From Myxococcota bacterium (GTDB lineage Bacteria > Myxococcota_A > UBA9160 > SZUA-336): a DNA stretch of 64,000 nucleotides. The notes under the pieces were generated by a model. The model did no database searches. It had not been told where the DNA came from and saw only the letters and a program-made list of their open reading frames with translations. Numbering within the stretch: the stretch's first letter is position 1; each line of letters begins with the position of its first letter. The stretch lies in NCBI GenBank assembly GCA_046754285.1, contig JBHHVJ010000012.1:3249-67248 (forward strand), in the 5' to 3' direction. A program made the position numbers and the translations under genes. Shown piece by piece: positions 29,535-37,391 of this stretch.

Positions 29535-30565
29535 GGGATGCCGACGAGATCGCCCGGGGCCTGGCGGCCTACCTGAGCGATTGCTGGGAGAGGCGCGTCG
29601 AGGTGGGGGGGCTGCGAGCGAGCTCGGCGGGGGCGCGACGACGCAACCTGCTCTTCGAGGCACGAGACGCGACGGGCTGCGCGTCCCTCGTCATCACGCT
29701 CGTCCCACCCGAATCGATGCCGGTGCTCGACGTCTCGCTCGAGGCCGCAGTGCTCGACCTCGCGCGCGTGTCGGGTGTCCCGGTCCCCCAGGTCCACGGG
29801 GTCTGCCGGGACTCCGGCTGGGTCGGGGCGCCCTTCTTCCTGACCGCCAAGATCGAAGGCGAGACCGTGCCGCGCCGTGTGCTTCGACTCGTGGCCGCCG
29901 ATCCGGCGCTCGGATCGCGACTGGCCGCGCAGTGCGGGGAGTCACTCGCGCGCCTGCACGCGACCGATGTAGGCCGCGCGCCGGACGATCTACCGAGGCC
30001 GGATCCCACCTCCCCGGCCGAGCACGCGCTGGAGGCCGTAGACCGCCTGCTTGCCTCGCTCCCGCAGCCCTCCCCCGTCTTCGCCCTCGGCCTGCGCTGG
30101 CTCGCGCGCCATCGGCCGCCCACTCCCGAGCGGCTCGCCCTGCTCCACGGTGACCTCCGCAACGGGAACCTTGTGGTGGAAAAGGACGGGCTGGTCGGCG
30201 TGCTCGACTGGGAGCTCAGCCACGTCGGCGACCCGATGGAGGACCCGGCCTGGACCTGCGTGCGCATGTGGCGCTTCGGGAATGATGATCTCGAGGTGGG
30301 CGGCTTCGGCGATCGGCGCGGGCTCCGCGCGGCATACGAGGCGGCGGGGGGCGTCTGGAATTCGGATCGCTTCCACTGGTGGAAGGTTCTGGGCACGCTG
30401 CGCTGGGGCATCGGGCTTGCGCTTCAGGCCGAGGCCTACCTGCGCGGGACGACGCCGTCGATCGTGATGGCGGCCAGCGGCCGGCGCGTCGCGGAGCTCG
30501 AGTACGACTTGCTCCGGTTGATCGAGCCGGCTCGTTCCCGCGCGCGGGGATCAGATCTGGCGTAG
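29531..30565 (+). CDS. aminoglycoside/choline-kinase-type phosphotransferase family protein
   Basis: The GTG start overlaps the preceding stop. The catalytic loop is LLHGDLRNGNLVV and the DWE motif is VLDWELSHVGDPMEDPAW. Confidence 0.85.
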   Translation: MRDADEIARGLAAYLSDCWERRVEVGGLRASSAGARRRNLLFEARDATGCASLVITLVPPESMPVLDVSLEAAVLDLARVSGVPVPQVHGVCRDSGWVGAPFFLTAKIEGETVPRRVLRLVAADPALGSRLAAQCGESLARLHATDVGRAPDDLPRPDPTSPAEHALEAVDRLLASLPQPSPVFALGLRWLARHRPPTPERLALLHGDLRNGNLVVEKDGLVGVLDWELSHVGDPMEDPAWTCVRMWRFGNDDLEVGGFGDRRGLRAAYEAAGGVWNSDRFHWWKVLGTLRWGIGLALQAEAYLRGTTPSIVMAASGRRVAELEYDLLRLIEPARSRARGSDLA

Positions 30566-31522
30566 CAGCTCGGAGAGGCCGTATCCCACGCGCTCGCCGA
30601 GCTGCCAGCGCGTCAGGCCCTCACCGATGTGTGTCGTGCGCCCGGCCCGACGGTTGCGCAAGGGCAGGAACCCTTGGACCTCCCCCCGGACTTCGAAGGG
30701 CTCGCCATCGGGAGTCTCGAAGCACACCTTCAGGCTCCGGTGGTAGAGGCCGTTCTCCTCGTACTCCACGTCGATCGCAACACCCTGGAGGGGATCTAGG
30801 CGGTCGCCCCGAACGAGCACACCGCCCCGTCGCTCCTCCCTCCCTTCCCGTCGGATCACCGAGACCATGGCGCCAAGATCCCGCCCGAAGCTCAGGGTGA
30901 GCCACTCGTAGCCATCGATGGCCTGCCAGGAACGGGGGCCCCAGGAGTGATCGCGCAGCCCGTAGCCGCGGATCGTGTGCCGCTCGTCTCCGATGTCGAG
31001 ATGGCCCGACACGCTCATATGTTGCTCGTAATGCGCGCGAGCAAACTGCTGCTCCGCCGGCCGGTCCGCTTCGGGGCGGCTTTCAGAATGGCCGTACAGG
31101 GGACCGACGGCCTCGTGCGCGAGATCGAGTTCGATCTCGCGCCGTGGGCTCTCCTTGAAGGCGCGCCCCGGGTCGGCCATTCGGCGCGGGTCCGAGAGCT
31201 CGATCACGCTTCCGCGGTACTCGCTGCGAAGCCGCTGCGTGGGCTCCTGGACCTCGAAGCGGAGTCCGCCGGCGTCGAAGCGCTCGTTGTCCTCGATCGC
31301 GAGGCGATCGAAGGCGAAGAGAACGCGGCCGTCCGGCAGGTAAATCGCGACCGTCATCTCGGCGCGACCCTCGTTGGCGCGATTGCCGAGGCGCAGAAAC
31401 CCGCCGATCGAGCGCTCCGCGTCGAAGAAGTTGAAGTACATGCTCTCGTTGAAGTTCGGCTCCGGCCCGAGCGGATGCGTGTAGTCGTCCTCGGGCACGA
31501 GGTTGCCGACGATCCTGGCCAT
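30551..31522 (-). CDS. conserved hypothetical protein (323 aa)
   Basis: A clean ORF with unbiased composition. NFNESMYFNFFD and the overall beta-rich pattern recall hypothetical proteins that accompany phosphotransferase/acyl-CoA dehydrogenase clusters. I cannot name the family with confidence. Confidence 0.65.
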   Translation of the reverse strand: MARIVGNLVPEDDYTHPLGPEPNFNESMYFNFFDAERSIGGFLRLGNRANEGRAEMTVAIYLPDGRVLFAFDRLAIEDNERFDAGGLRFEVQEPTQRLRSEYRGSVIELSDPRRMADPGRAFKESPRREIELDLAHEAVGPLYGHSESRPEADRPAEQQFARAHYEQHMSVSGHLDIGDERHTIRGYGLRDHSWGPRSWQAIDGYEWLTLSFGRDLGAMVSVIRREGREERRGGVLVRGDRLDPLQGVAIDVEYEENGLYHRSLKVCFETPDGEPFEVRGEVQGFLPLRNRRAGRTTHIGEGLTRWQLGERVGYGLSELLRQI

Positions 31523-31600
31523 GCCCCGATCCTCCCCCCTCCTTGTACCACGACTGCGGGACCCGCGTCGCTGCGCGCCGCGGGGATGGCCCAGCAGCGC

Positions 31601-32248
31601 TCAGGGGGCGGCGCGGTTTCCGTAGCGGTCGTAGGACACGACCTCGAGAACGGGCCTGCGCGTCGTCGGGCCGTAGCGACCGCGGGGCCAGCCGAGCGGG
31701 ACGACCGCACAGGGCGTGACGTTCCACGGCAGGCCCAGGATGCGTCGCACGGAGAGGTGGCTCCAGAGCGGCAGCGTGATCAGCGCCGCCCCGAGGTTCA
31801 CGGCACGCGCGGCGAGCAGCAGGTTCTGGACGGCGGGGTAGATGGCCCCGTAGTAGCTGGTGACGAAGGCCGGCGGGAAAGGCAGGCGCAGACCCTTCAG
31901 GCAGGCGACCACGAGCACGGGAATCTCCTCGAAGTGGTCTGCCTGCCACTGCACGGCGTCGATGATCTTCTGGCGTTTGGGATCGTTCCGCGCCACGCGT
32001 CTTCCGATCGCGCCGTAGATGCGCCACGCTTGGCGGTTGCGGCGGGCGAGCCGAGCCTTTACGGCGGGGTCCCGAACCACGACGAACTCCCAGTTCTGGG
32101 CGTTTCCACCGGTCGGAGCCTTCAGCGCGAGCTCGATGAGCCGCAGCACCAGCGCATCGTCCACCGGATCCGGGCGCAGACGACGGATCGCGCGCTGCGT
32201 CTCCATCGCCGCTTCGAGCGGCATGCCGAAGTCATAGGGTTCACCCAT
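31601..32248 (-). CDS. nitroreductase family protein
   Basis: ORF 31601..32269(-), trimmed to ATG 32248 after GGAGGGGGAG. Motifs are RRAIRRLRPDPV, APTGGNAQNWEFVVV and the C-terminal GWP. Confidence 0.85.
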   Translation of the reverse strand: MGEPYDFGMPLEAAMETQRAIRRLRPDPVDDALVLRLIELALKAPTGGNAQNWEFVVVRDPAVKARLARRNRQAWRIYGAIGRRVARNDPKRQKIIDAVQWQADHFEEIPVLVVACLKGLRLPFPPAFVTSYYGAIYPAVQNLLLAARAVNLGAALITLPLWSHLSVRRILGLPWNVTPCAVVPLGWPRGRYGPTTRRPVLEVVSYDRYGNRAAP

Positions 32249-32275
32249 CCCGTCACTCCCCCTCCGCACCTCGGA

Positions 32276-32626
32276 TCACGCCGCCGCGCCAAAGAGCATC
32301 CGCACCACCAGCCGGTGGAGTCCGAAGGCCATGCCGAGACAGACGAACCCGAGCGCATACGTCAGCCAGAACCCCCATCCCAGTCTCTCCGCGAGGAGGA
32401 AGGGCAGAAAGAAGGAGAGCGTCAGGGGCACCGCCACCAGGATGCTCTTGGCGAGCAGAGCCGTTTGCGAAAAGCTGCCGTGCTCGAGGTAGGACATCGG
32501 CAGCACGAGCGCCGTCGAGATGGGCAAGGCCACGAGGAACCCGGCCAGCACCGGTGCGCGCCCCGAGAGCCACGAGGCGAAGGCGATGAGGCATCCCGAG
32601 ATGATGGCCTTGAGCGCAAGCTCCAC
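32276..32626 (-). CDS. small hypothetical membrane protein (116 aa)
   Basis: ORF 32276..32692(-), trimmed to GTG 32626 after GGAGGAG. It has four TM segments. No family is recognised. Confidence 0.6.
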   Translation of the reverse strand: MELALKAIISGCLIAFASWLSGRAPVLAGFLVALPISTALVLPMSYLEHGSFSQTALLAKSILVAVPLTLSFFLPFLLAERLGWGFWLTYALGFVCLGMAFGLHRLVVRMLFGAAA

Positions 32627-32809
32627 GAACTCTCCTCCTCGATCGCCTCGCAGGAGGCCCGATACGTTCCGGGCCGTGTGCCCCACCCGCACGGACCGTG
32701 CGCCCGTACCGTCCCGCCCAGATCCCGCACTCTAGCATCGAAGCCACGATCTGCATCGTGCCGTGTGCTCGTGCCGAGGTCGCGCCGGACTGGAGCGCCA
32801 AGAGAGCGA

Positions 32810-33036
32810 GCCCACGCGGATCGACTTAACGGGCGACCGGCACCTCGGCCGACCGCACGCTCGGCGGGCTCACGTTCCAGGGCTCGGACGTGATCGAGTA
32901 CGATCCCGCCACACAGCAGGCGACCCTGCGGATCGAAGGACAGGACCTCTTCACGGCTCCGCCCCCGAACACGACCCCCAAGACCGTCAACATCGACGCG
33001 ATCTCGCTCGATCCCGCGGCCTGTGGCGGTCGTAGG
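32810..33036 (+). pseudogene. 3' remnant of a paralog of the 34092..37061 exoprotein gene (last repeat module only)
   Basis: Positions 32856-33022 are identical to 36882-37048. The 45 nt upstream are only roughly 60% identical. They translate as RIDLTGD / GTSADRTL against RIVLTTTGSSAEATL in the full gene, with a frameshift and an in-frame TAA. Downstream there are point differences and a 1-nt indel before the stop. No start codon or upstream coding sequence is present. Confidence 0.7.
32856..33022 (+). repeat. 167-bp perfect direct repeat, copy A
   Basis: Base-by-base comparison with 36882..37048 gave 167/167 identical. Confidence 0.95.
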
Positions 33037-33071
33037 GCAAGCGTGGGGACTCTGGGCGAAAACGTAGGACG

Positions 33072-33836
33072 CTACGCCCTCGCGCTCTTTCGGCCCCAGC
33101 TCCAGCGGCGAATGAAAGCCAGCCCGAGCAGACCCGCAAGGGCGGTTCCGATCTGGAGCGATGCCGATGGCTCGGACACGACCTCGATGCTGGCGATGCG
33201 GTAGGTGGCGTTGGGAGTGGCCGTTCCGTCGATGTCGATCTGAATAAAATCGATGTCCTCAAAGAGCGAGGATTCATTATCCGACTGATCGAAGGATGAG
33301 AAAAGGATCAGCAGCGCTCCGGCCCCCGTGATGGGATGCCTGAGCGAATCCGTAATGATGTTGCTGGAGCTTGCATCCGCCGTGAGGCCCATATCCACAA
33401 AACCACCAGAGGTAGGCGCCGCATCAAAAGTGATCTTGAACGCATTCCCCGCCGAGAGATCGAAGCCTCCGGGCTCCGCGGGGCTGAAATATTTCAAGAC
33501 GAGAAGGCTTCCGACAGGGCTCGTCTGAAGCACGACCGCATCTGGCCCCGGGGTCGTCGTTAGGGTGGCGGTCGCAACTCGTGCGGGGTCCTGCCCGAGC
33601 AGCACAGTGCGGGTTCCACCTATCGCACTCGTTGTGGACTGGTTTCGGAGGACATTCGGTAAAGTCGGAGTAAGCGGTAGCGAAACGGAAAAGTCCCCAT
33701 CCTCAAAGCTGTCGATGGTGATCGAAGCACCGCTCGCCACAGGTGTGCAGAGCGCAAGTACAGCAAGGCAGACTGCAGCCTTGGCAAGTGGACGCTCCCT
33801 CAGGCCAGCCACATTCTCGTTTACAGACGATCGCAT
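33072..33836 (-). CDS. PEP-CTERM sorting-domain protein (exosortase substrate candidate)
   Basis: ORF 33072..33884(-), trimmed to ATG 33836 after GGAGGCTTGGAG. The signal peptide is AAVCLAVLALCTPVASGA. The C-terminus VSEPSASLQIGTALAGLLGLAFIRRWSWGRK is a PEP-CTERM-type motif (SEP variant) followed by a TM helix and a basic tail. GC and codon usage are visibly lower than in neighbouring genes. Confidence 0.8.
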   Translation of the reverse strand: MRSSVNENVAGLRERPLAKAAVCLAVLALCTPVASGASITIDSFEDGDFSVSLPLTPTLPNVLRNQSTTSAIGGTRTVLLGQDPARVATATLTTTPGPDAVVLQTSPVGSLLVLKYFSPAEPGGFDLSAGNAFKITFDAAPTSGGFVDMGLTADASSSNIITDSLRHPITGAGALLILFSSFDQSDNESSLFEDIDFIQIDIDGTATPNATYRIASIEVVSEPSASLQIGTALAGLLGLAFIRRWSWGRKSARA

Positions 33837-34004
33837 GATCTCCAAGCCTCCGTCGACGTAGCTGATCGTATCATGTTCTTGCATCGTACATGCATCGGTT
33901 TAGTCACCGATGCGCAGATTGCCTCCCCATTTTCCCGCAGTGATGGTAGATTCCGTTCGACGTGAGCTCGACGGAAGATAGAACGGTGCTTGAGACTGTG
34001 CGGC

Positions 34005-34020
34005 AATTCAGCAATGAATT
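34005..34020. promoter_or_regulatory. perfect palindrome AATTCA-GCAA-TGAATT in the divergent intergenic region
   Basis: Read directly from the sequence. It lies 72 nt upstream of ATG 34092 and 169 nt upstream of ATG 33836. It is only a candidate operator. Confidence 0.25.
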
Positions 34021-34091
34021 GATGTTGTTCTCCCACGACCTGCGTAGTGCCCCCCCCCACGGTCACCGCTCGGGTGCACCGCCTAGTTCTC

Positions 34092-37061
34092 ATGAGAAGC
34101 GTCGGTCTCGCTCTGATCTCCTCTGCGCTTCTTGCACCTGCGACGACAGCGAACGCTGGTGAGGACTTCACGATCGTCGTCATCGGGGACACGCAGAAGC
34201 AGGTCGAGATCCGTGAGGATCTGAAGGACTCGGTCGACGCAAGCACGATCGATCCCACGGATCCGAGCCTCTACCGCTACCCCGCAGCTCACGCGGGCTT
34301 CGAGGCCATGATCAACTGGCTCATCGACCCCGGCCAGACCGAGCCCATCGAGCTCGTGATCCAGGTCGGCGATGCAATCGAGGACGGAGGTCAGGCAAAC
34401 ACGACGAGCGTGAGCACTGCCGAGTGGAAGATCTTCAACCACTACTGGGAGCAAGTAAAGACTCGTTACGGAGAGATACAGACACTCGTGACGCGTGGGA
34501 ACCATGACAACCCGGACGAGTTCGTTCAGCACTTCGGCGACATAAGCGTGCCTGGAGGCGATCTTCGTGCGGTCTCGGTGACGCTGGGCGGCTTGCCAGT
34601 TCTGGTCTTGATCGGCCTTCCGTGCAATCCCACAGACGCCCAGATCACCTGGGTCAAGGCGCGGTTGGCTGACGATCCCGGTCGGATGGCGATCCTTGCG
34701 AGTCACATCATCACTGACCCGAGCGGAGGCCACCGGAAGAGTCCGCCTGGGCTACCGTACGGGCAGAGCTTCGCCGGAACCTGTCCAGGGGTACGCCCCG
34801 CCGGGTCTGACAATTTCGAGGACCCGAACAATCCACCCACGAATGTCTGGGATGAACTGGTCGCACCGCATTCGGGGCAGATCTTCCTGGTGGTGTCGGG
34901 GCACTTCACGCGACTCTGTACTGAATTTGTGGCCGGCACTCAGGACTGCACGCGCCTGGGCTGGACCCGCCGTGAGGGCTTCAAGGCGATTCGCATCGTG
35001 CGTGGGCTTCCCGTGATCGACGCGTTCCAGAACTGGCAGTGGATTCATCGGAACCGGCCGAGTGATCCCGGACAGGGAGCCCTGACCCTGGTGAGATTCC
35101 ACGCGCCATTCGACCCCAACCTGCCCGGCACCGTAGAGATCAAGACCTGGGATGCGGTTCGGAACGAGTTCGACGATCGGCCCGGGATCACCTCGCTGCC
35201 CCTCCAGACGTTTCGGATCACCAACGACCGCGACGCGGACGGGGTGCTCAACAGCGCCGATCTCTGCCCCGCCTACCCCGATGGCCCAATGGGGCAAATC
35301 GATACCGATGGCGATGGCATCGGGGACGCGTGCCAGTGCGGAGACCTCTCGGACGATGGGAGGGTCAACATTCTCGACCGTGTGATTCTCTCGCGTTTTC
35401 TGGCCGGAATGTCCGATGCGGCGGACGCGCCGGTCGAGAAATGCAGTGTGGTGGATAGGGACCCCGGTCCAACCTGTGATGTGTCGGACGTGGCGGTGCT
35501 TCGCCAGGCGCTTGCCTTCTTGGACCCCGGCATTGCTCCCCTGTGCACGGCGGCAACCAGCCGGCTAACCATTCCACCACCTGGCGCGATCCTTCAGGCG
35601 TTCGCGCTCTACCACAGCGTGGCCGATGACGGTGTGGCCCCCGCATCCCTGCCCGAGATCCCCGTGGGCTCCACGGCGACCCTGAACCTGTACATCGACT
35701 CGGGGAGCATCCTCTCGATCCCGGGGACTGTCTGCTCGGGGAGCGGCTGGGGCGATGAGAACTGCTCGTGGGTCCTCCGGCTGCAGACTACGCCCGGCGT
35801 GACAATCGACTCCTACGCGCTGCCCGGGCTCGTGGTGAACGACGAATCCCCAACGGAGTTGCGGATCGTGGGCGGGGATCCGTTCAACGGCGAGGTCGGC
35901 GTGCGCCGGATCGGGTCGGTGACGGTCTCCTCCCTCGTGAAGGGCCGCATCGAGCTGACCGGGGGGCAGCTCGCGCTGGCCTCGCTGCGCTGCAGTGCTC
36001 TCGAGCCGGCGCGGCTCGCGCTGGCCTGCACGAGTGCCCCCGGCGATGCAGACGGGGACGGCGTGCGGGACGGCTGCGACAGCTGCCCCGCGATCGCGAA
36101 TGCGGACCAGGCCGACGCCGACCGGGATGGCGTGGCGGACGCCTGTGACAACTGCCCGCTGATCCCCAACCCGATCACTCGGGATGCCCAGGGCAATTTC
36201 GTGCCCCAGCCCGACTTCGACGGCGATGGGATCGGGGATGCCTGTGAGTCGTACGTGGTGGTCTCGCACTCCGGAACGCCCAAGGGCTTCGGGGGACTCC
36301 GGGTCGAGAACGGGGACCTGCTGGACACGGTGGAGCCCTCCCTCATCCTGGCTGAGGCCGCAGTCTTCACCAGCGGCGAGAAGATCGACGCGGTCCATGT
36401 GGATCCCGACGGGATCATCGTGTTCTCCACCGCGGGCCCGGCCACGCTCGTGGACGGCCCGAGCTTCGGCAAGGGCGATCTCGTGGAGTGGGATGGTCAG
36501 AGCGGCGTGGTGATCTTCGATGGGGAGCAGAGGTTTGGTCGGACCAAGCAGATCGATGCGGTGTGGAGGGGCCCGGACGGCAAGCTCGTCCTCTCGGTCG
36601 CGAACGCGGGGACGACGGATCTGGGGAAGTCCCTGACGTGCTCGGGCGGAGCGGATGCGGGGGCCTACTGCGAGACGGATGCGGACTGCCAGGGCAGCTG
36701 CACGGGGCCGCTGGTAACCTTCCGCTTCCGGGACGGGGATCTGGTCGAGTACGACCCGGCGACGGATCGCTCACGGCTCGTCTTGAGCGAGGACGCATTC
36801 GCGCGGAACGAGGACATCGACGGCGTGCATCTTCGCTGCGGCCGGATCGTGCTCACGACCACGGGCAGCTCGGCTGAGGCGACGCTCGGCGGGCTCACGT
36901 TCCAGGGCTCGGACGTGATCGAGTACGATCCCGCCACACAGCAGGCGACCCTGCGGATCGAAGGACAGGACCTCTTCACGGCTCCGCCCCCGAACACGAC
37001 CCCCAAGACCGTCAACATCGACGCGATCTCGCTCGATCCCGCGGCCTGCGGGGGGCCGTAG
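34092..37061 (+). CDS. secreted multidomain protein: metallophosphoesterase + TSP type-3 repeats + dockerin-like module + 4 unnamed C-terminal repeats
   Basis: ORF 34047..37061, trimmed to ATG 34092 (signal peptide MRSVGLALISSALLAPATTANA|GE). Calcineurin-like motifs are IVVIGDTQ, VGDAIEDG, TRGNHD and VSGHF. TSP3-type Asp boxes are DRDADGV, DTDGDGIGDAC, DADGDGVRDGCDSC, DADRDGVADACDNC and DFDGDGIGDAC. The dockerin-like F-hands are GDLSDDGRVNILDRVILSRFLAG plus DVSDVAVLRQALAF. The C-terminal repeats are described in the findings. Confidence 0.85.
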   Translation: MRSVGLALISSALLAPATTANAGEDFTIVVIGDTQKQVEIREDLKDSVDASTIDPTDPSLYRYPAAHAGFEAMINWLIDPGQTEPIELVIQVGDAIEDGGQANTTSVSTAEWKIFNHYWEQVKTRYGEIQTLVTRGNHDNPDEFVQHFGDISVPGGDLRAVSVTLGGLPVLVLIGLPCNPTDAQITWVKARLADDPGRMAILASHIITDPSGGHRKSPPGLPYGQSFAGTCPGVRPAGSDNFEDPNNPPTNVWDELVAPHSGQIFLVVSGHFTRLCTEFVAGTQDCTRLGWTRREGFKAIRIVRGLPVIDAFQNWQWIHRNRPSDPGQGALTLVRFHAPFDPNLPGTVEIKTWDAVRNEFDDRPGITSLPLQTFRITNDRDADGVLNSADLCPAYPDGPMGQIDTDGDGIGDACQCGDLSDDGRVNILDRVILSRFLAGMSDAADAPVEKCSVVDRDPGPTCDVSDVAVLRQALAFLDPGIAPLCTAATSRLTIPPPGAILQAFALYHSVADDGVAPASLPEIPVGSTATLNLYIDSGSILSIPGTVCSGSGWGDENCSWVLRLQTTPGVTIDSYALPGLVVNDESPTELRIVGGDPFNGEVGVRRIGSVTVSSLVKGRIELTGGQLALASLRCSALEPARLALACTSAPGDADGDGVRDGCDSCPAIANADQADADRDGVADACDNCPLIPNPITRDAQGNFVPQPDFDGDGIGDACESYVVVSHSGTPKGFGGLRVENGDLLDTVEPSLILAEAAVFTSGEKIDAVHVDPDGIIVFSTAGPATLVDGPSFGKGDLVEWDGQSGVVIFDGEQRFGRTKQIDAVWRGPDGKLVLSVANAGTTDLGKSLTCSGGADAGAYCETDADCQGSCTGPLVTFRFRDGDLVEYDPATDRSRLVLSEDAFARNEDIDGVHLRCGRIVLTTTGSSAEATLGGLTFQGSDVIEYDPATQQATLRIEGQDLFTAPPPNTTPKTVNIDAISLDPAACGGP
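36882..37048 (+). repeat. 167-bp perfect direct repeat, copy B (3' end of the exoprotein gene)
   Basis: Identical to 32856..33022. It encodes TLGGLTFQGSDVIEYDPATQQATLRIEGQDLFTAPPPNTTPKTVNIDAISLDPAAC. Confidence 0.95.
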
Positions 37062-37070
37062 AGAGCTCGG

Positions 37071-37340
37071 TCAGCCGCAGCAGAAGCGACTGGTTTGCGT
37101 GCACTCGTCGCTGGCTGGGCCGGTCCCCGCCTCGCCCCCCTCGAGCAGCGACTGGATGGCTTGGTCCATGCTGGCCTGCGCGCCCTTGCGCACCGTGCGT
37201 GCGATGCGGATCGCCTCGTCGATCTCACCGGCCTCGACACCCTGCTCACCGGCCTTCGTCAGGTGGTAGCGCAGGCACGGCTGGCAGTGCGCAGTGACAG
37301 CCGCCCCGATCGCGATAAGCTCGCGTGTTCTTTCGTCCAT
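37071..37340 (-). CDS. carboxymuconolactone decarboxylase/AhpD-like family protein with CxxC
   Basis: ORF 37071..37361(-), trimmed to ATG 37340 (GAGGAGG 8 nt upstream). The AhpD-core motif is ELIAIGAAVTAHCQPCLRYH. The tail ECTQTSRFCCG is Cys-rich. Confidence 0.85.
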   Translation of the reverse strand: MDERTRELIAIGAAVTAHCQPCLRYHLTKAGEQGVEAGEIDEAIRIARTVRKGAQASMDQAIQSLLEGGEAGTGPASDECTQTSRFCCG

Positions 37341-37363
37341 GATCAGATCCTCCTCACCCATGC

Positions 37364-37391
37364 AGACGAGGAAGGAGCCGAAAAGGATTCA
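37364..37391 (-). promoter_or_regulatory. candidate ECF-type promoter upstream of the CMD gene (TGAATC-N17-CGTCT)
   Basis: The minus strand reads TGAATCCTTTTCGGCTCCTTCCTCGTCT. It shares TGWATCCTTTTCGG-N9-CGTC with the site at 38115..38142. It overlaps the sigma stop codon and sits about 24 nt upstream of ATG 37340. Confidence 0.4.

Noticed and set aside
28984-30153. 389-aa plus-strand ORF spanning the DUF6285-like and phosphotransferase genes
   Set aside because: It is out of frame with both recognisable proteins, and its translation is Arg/Ser/Cys/Pro-rich. Only its ATG at 29095 is kept as a possible frameshifted start (see findings).
30947-32893. 648-aa plus-strand ORF
   Set aside because: It runs antisense across three well-supported minus-strand genes (30551-31522, the nitroreductase and the membrane protein). 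Its composition is extremely Arg/Pro/Gly/Ala/His-rich, and I recognise no domain.
33299-33313. Third occurrence of the AT-rich core (GAAAAGGAT / ATCCTTTTC)
   Set aside because: It lies inside the PEP-CTERM coding sequence (LILFSSFDQ). It lacks the TGWATC context and has no CGTC at +9, so it is probably coincidental.
32856-37048. Direct repeats considered as IS/transposon ends or a target-site duplication
   Set aside because: At 167 bp they are far too long for a TSD. They are coding sequence of the flanked gene itself. No transposase or terminal inverted repeats are present. I interpret them as a paralog remnant or gene conversion instead.
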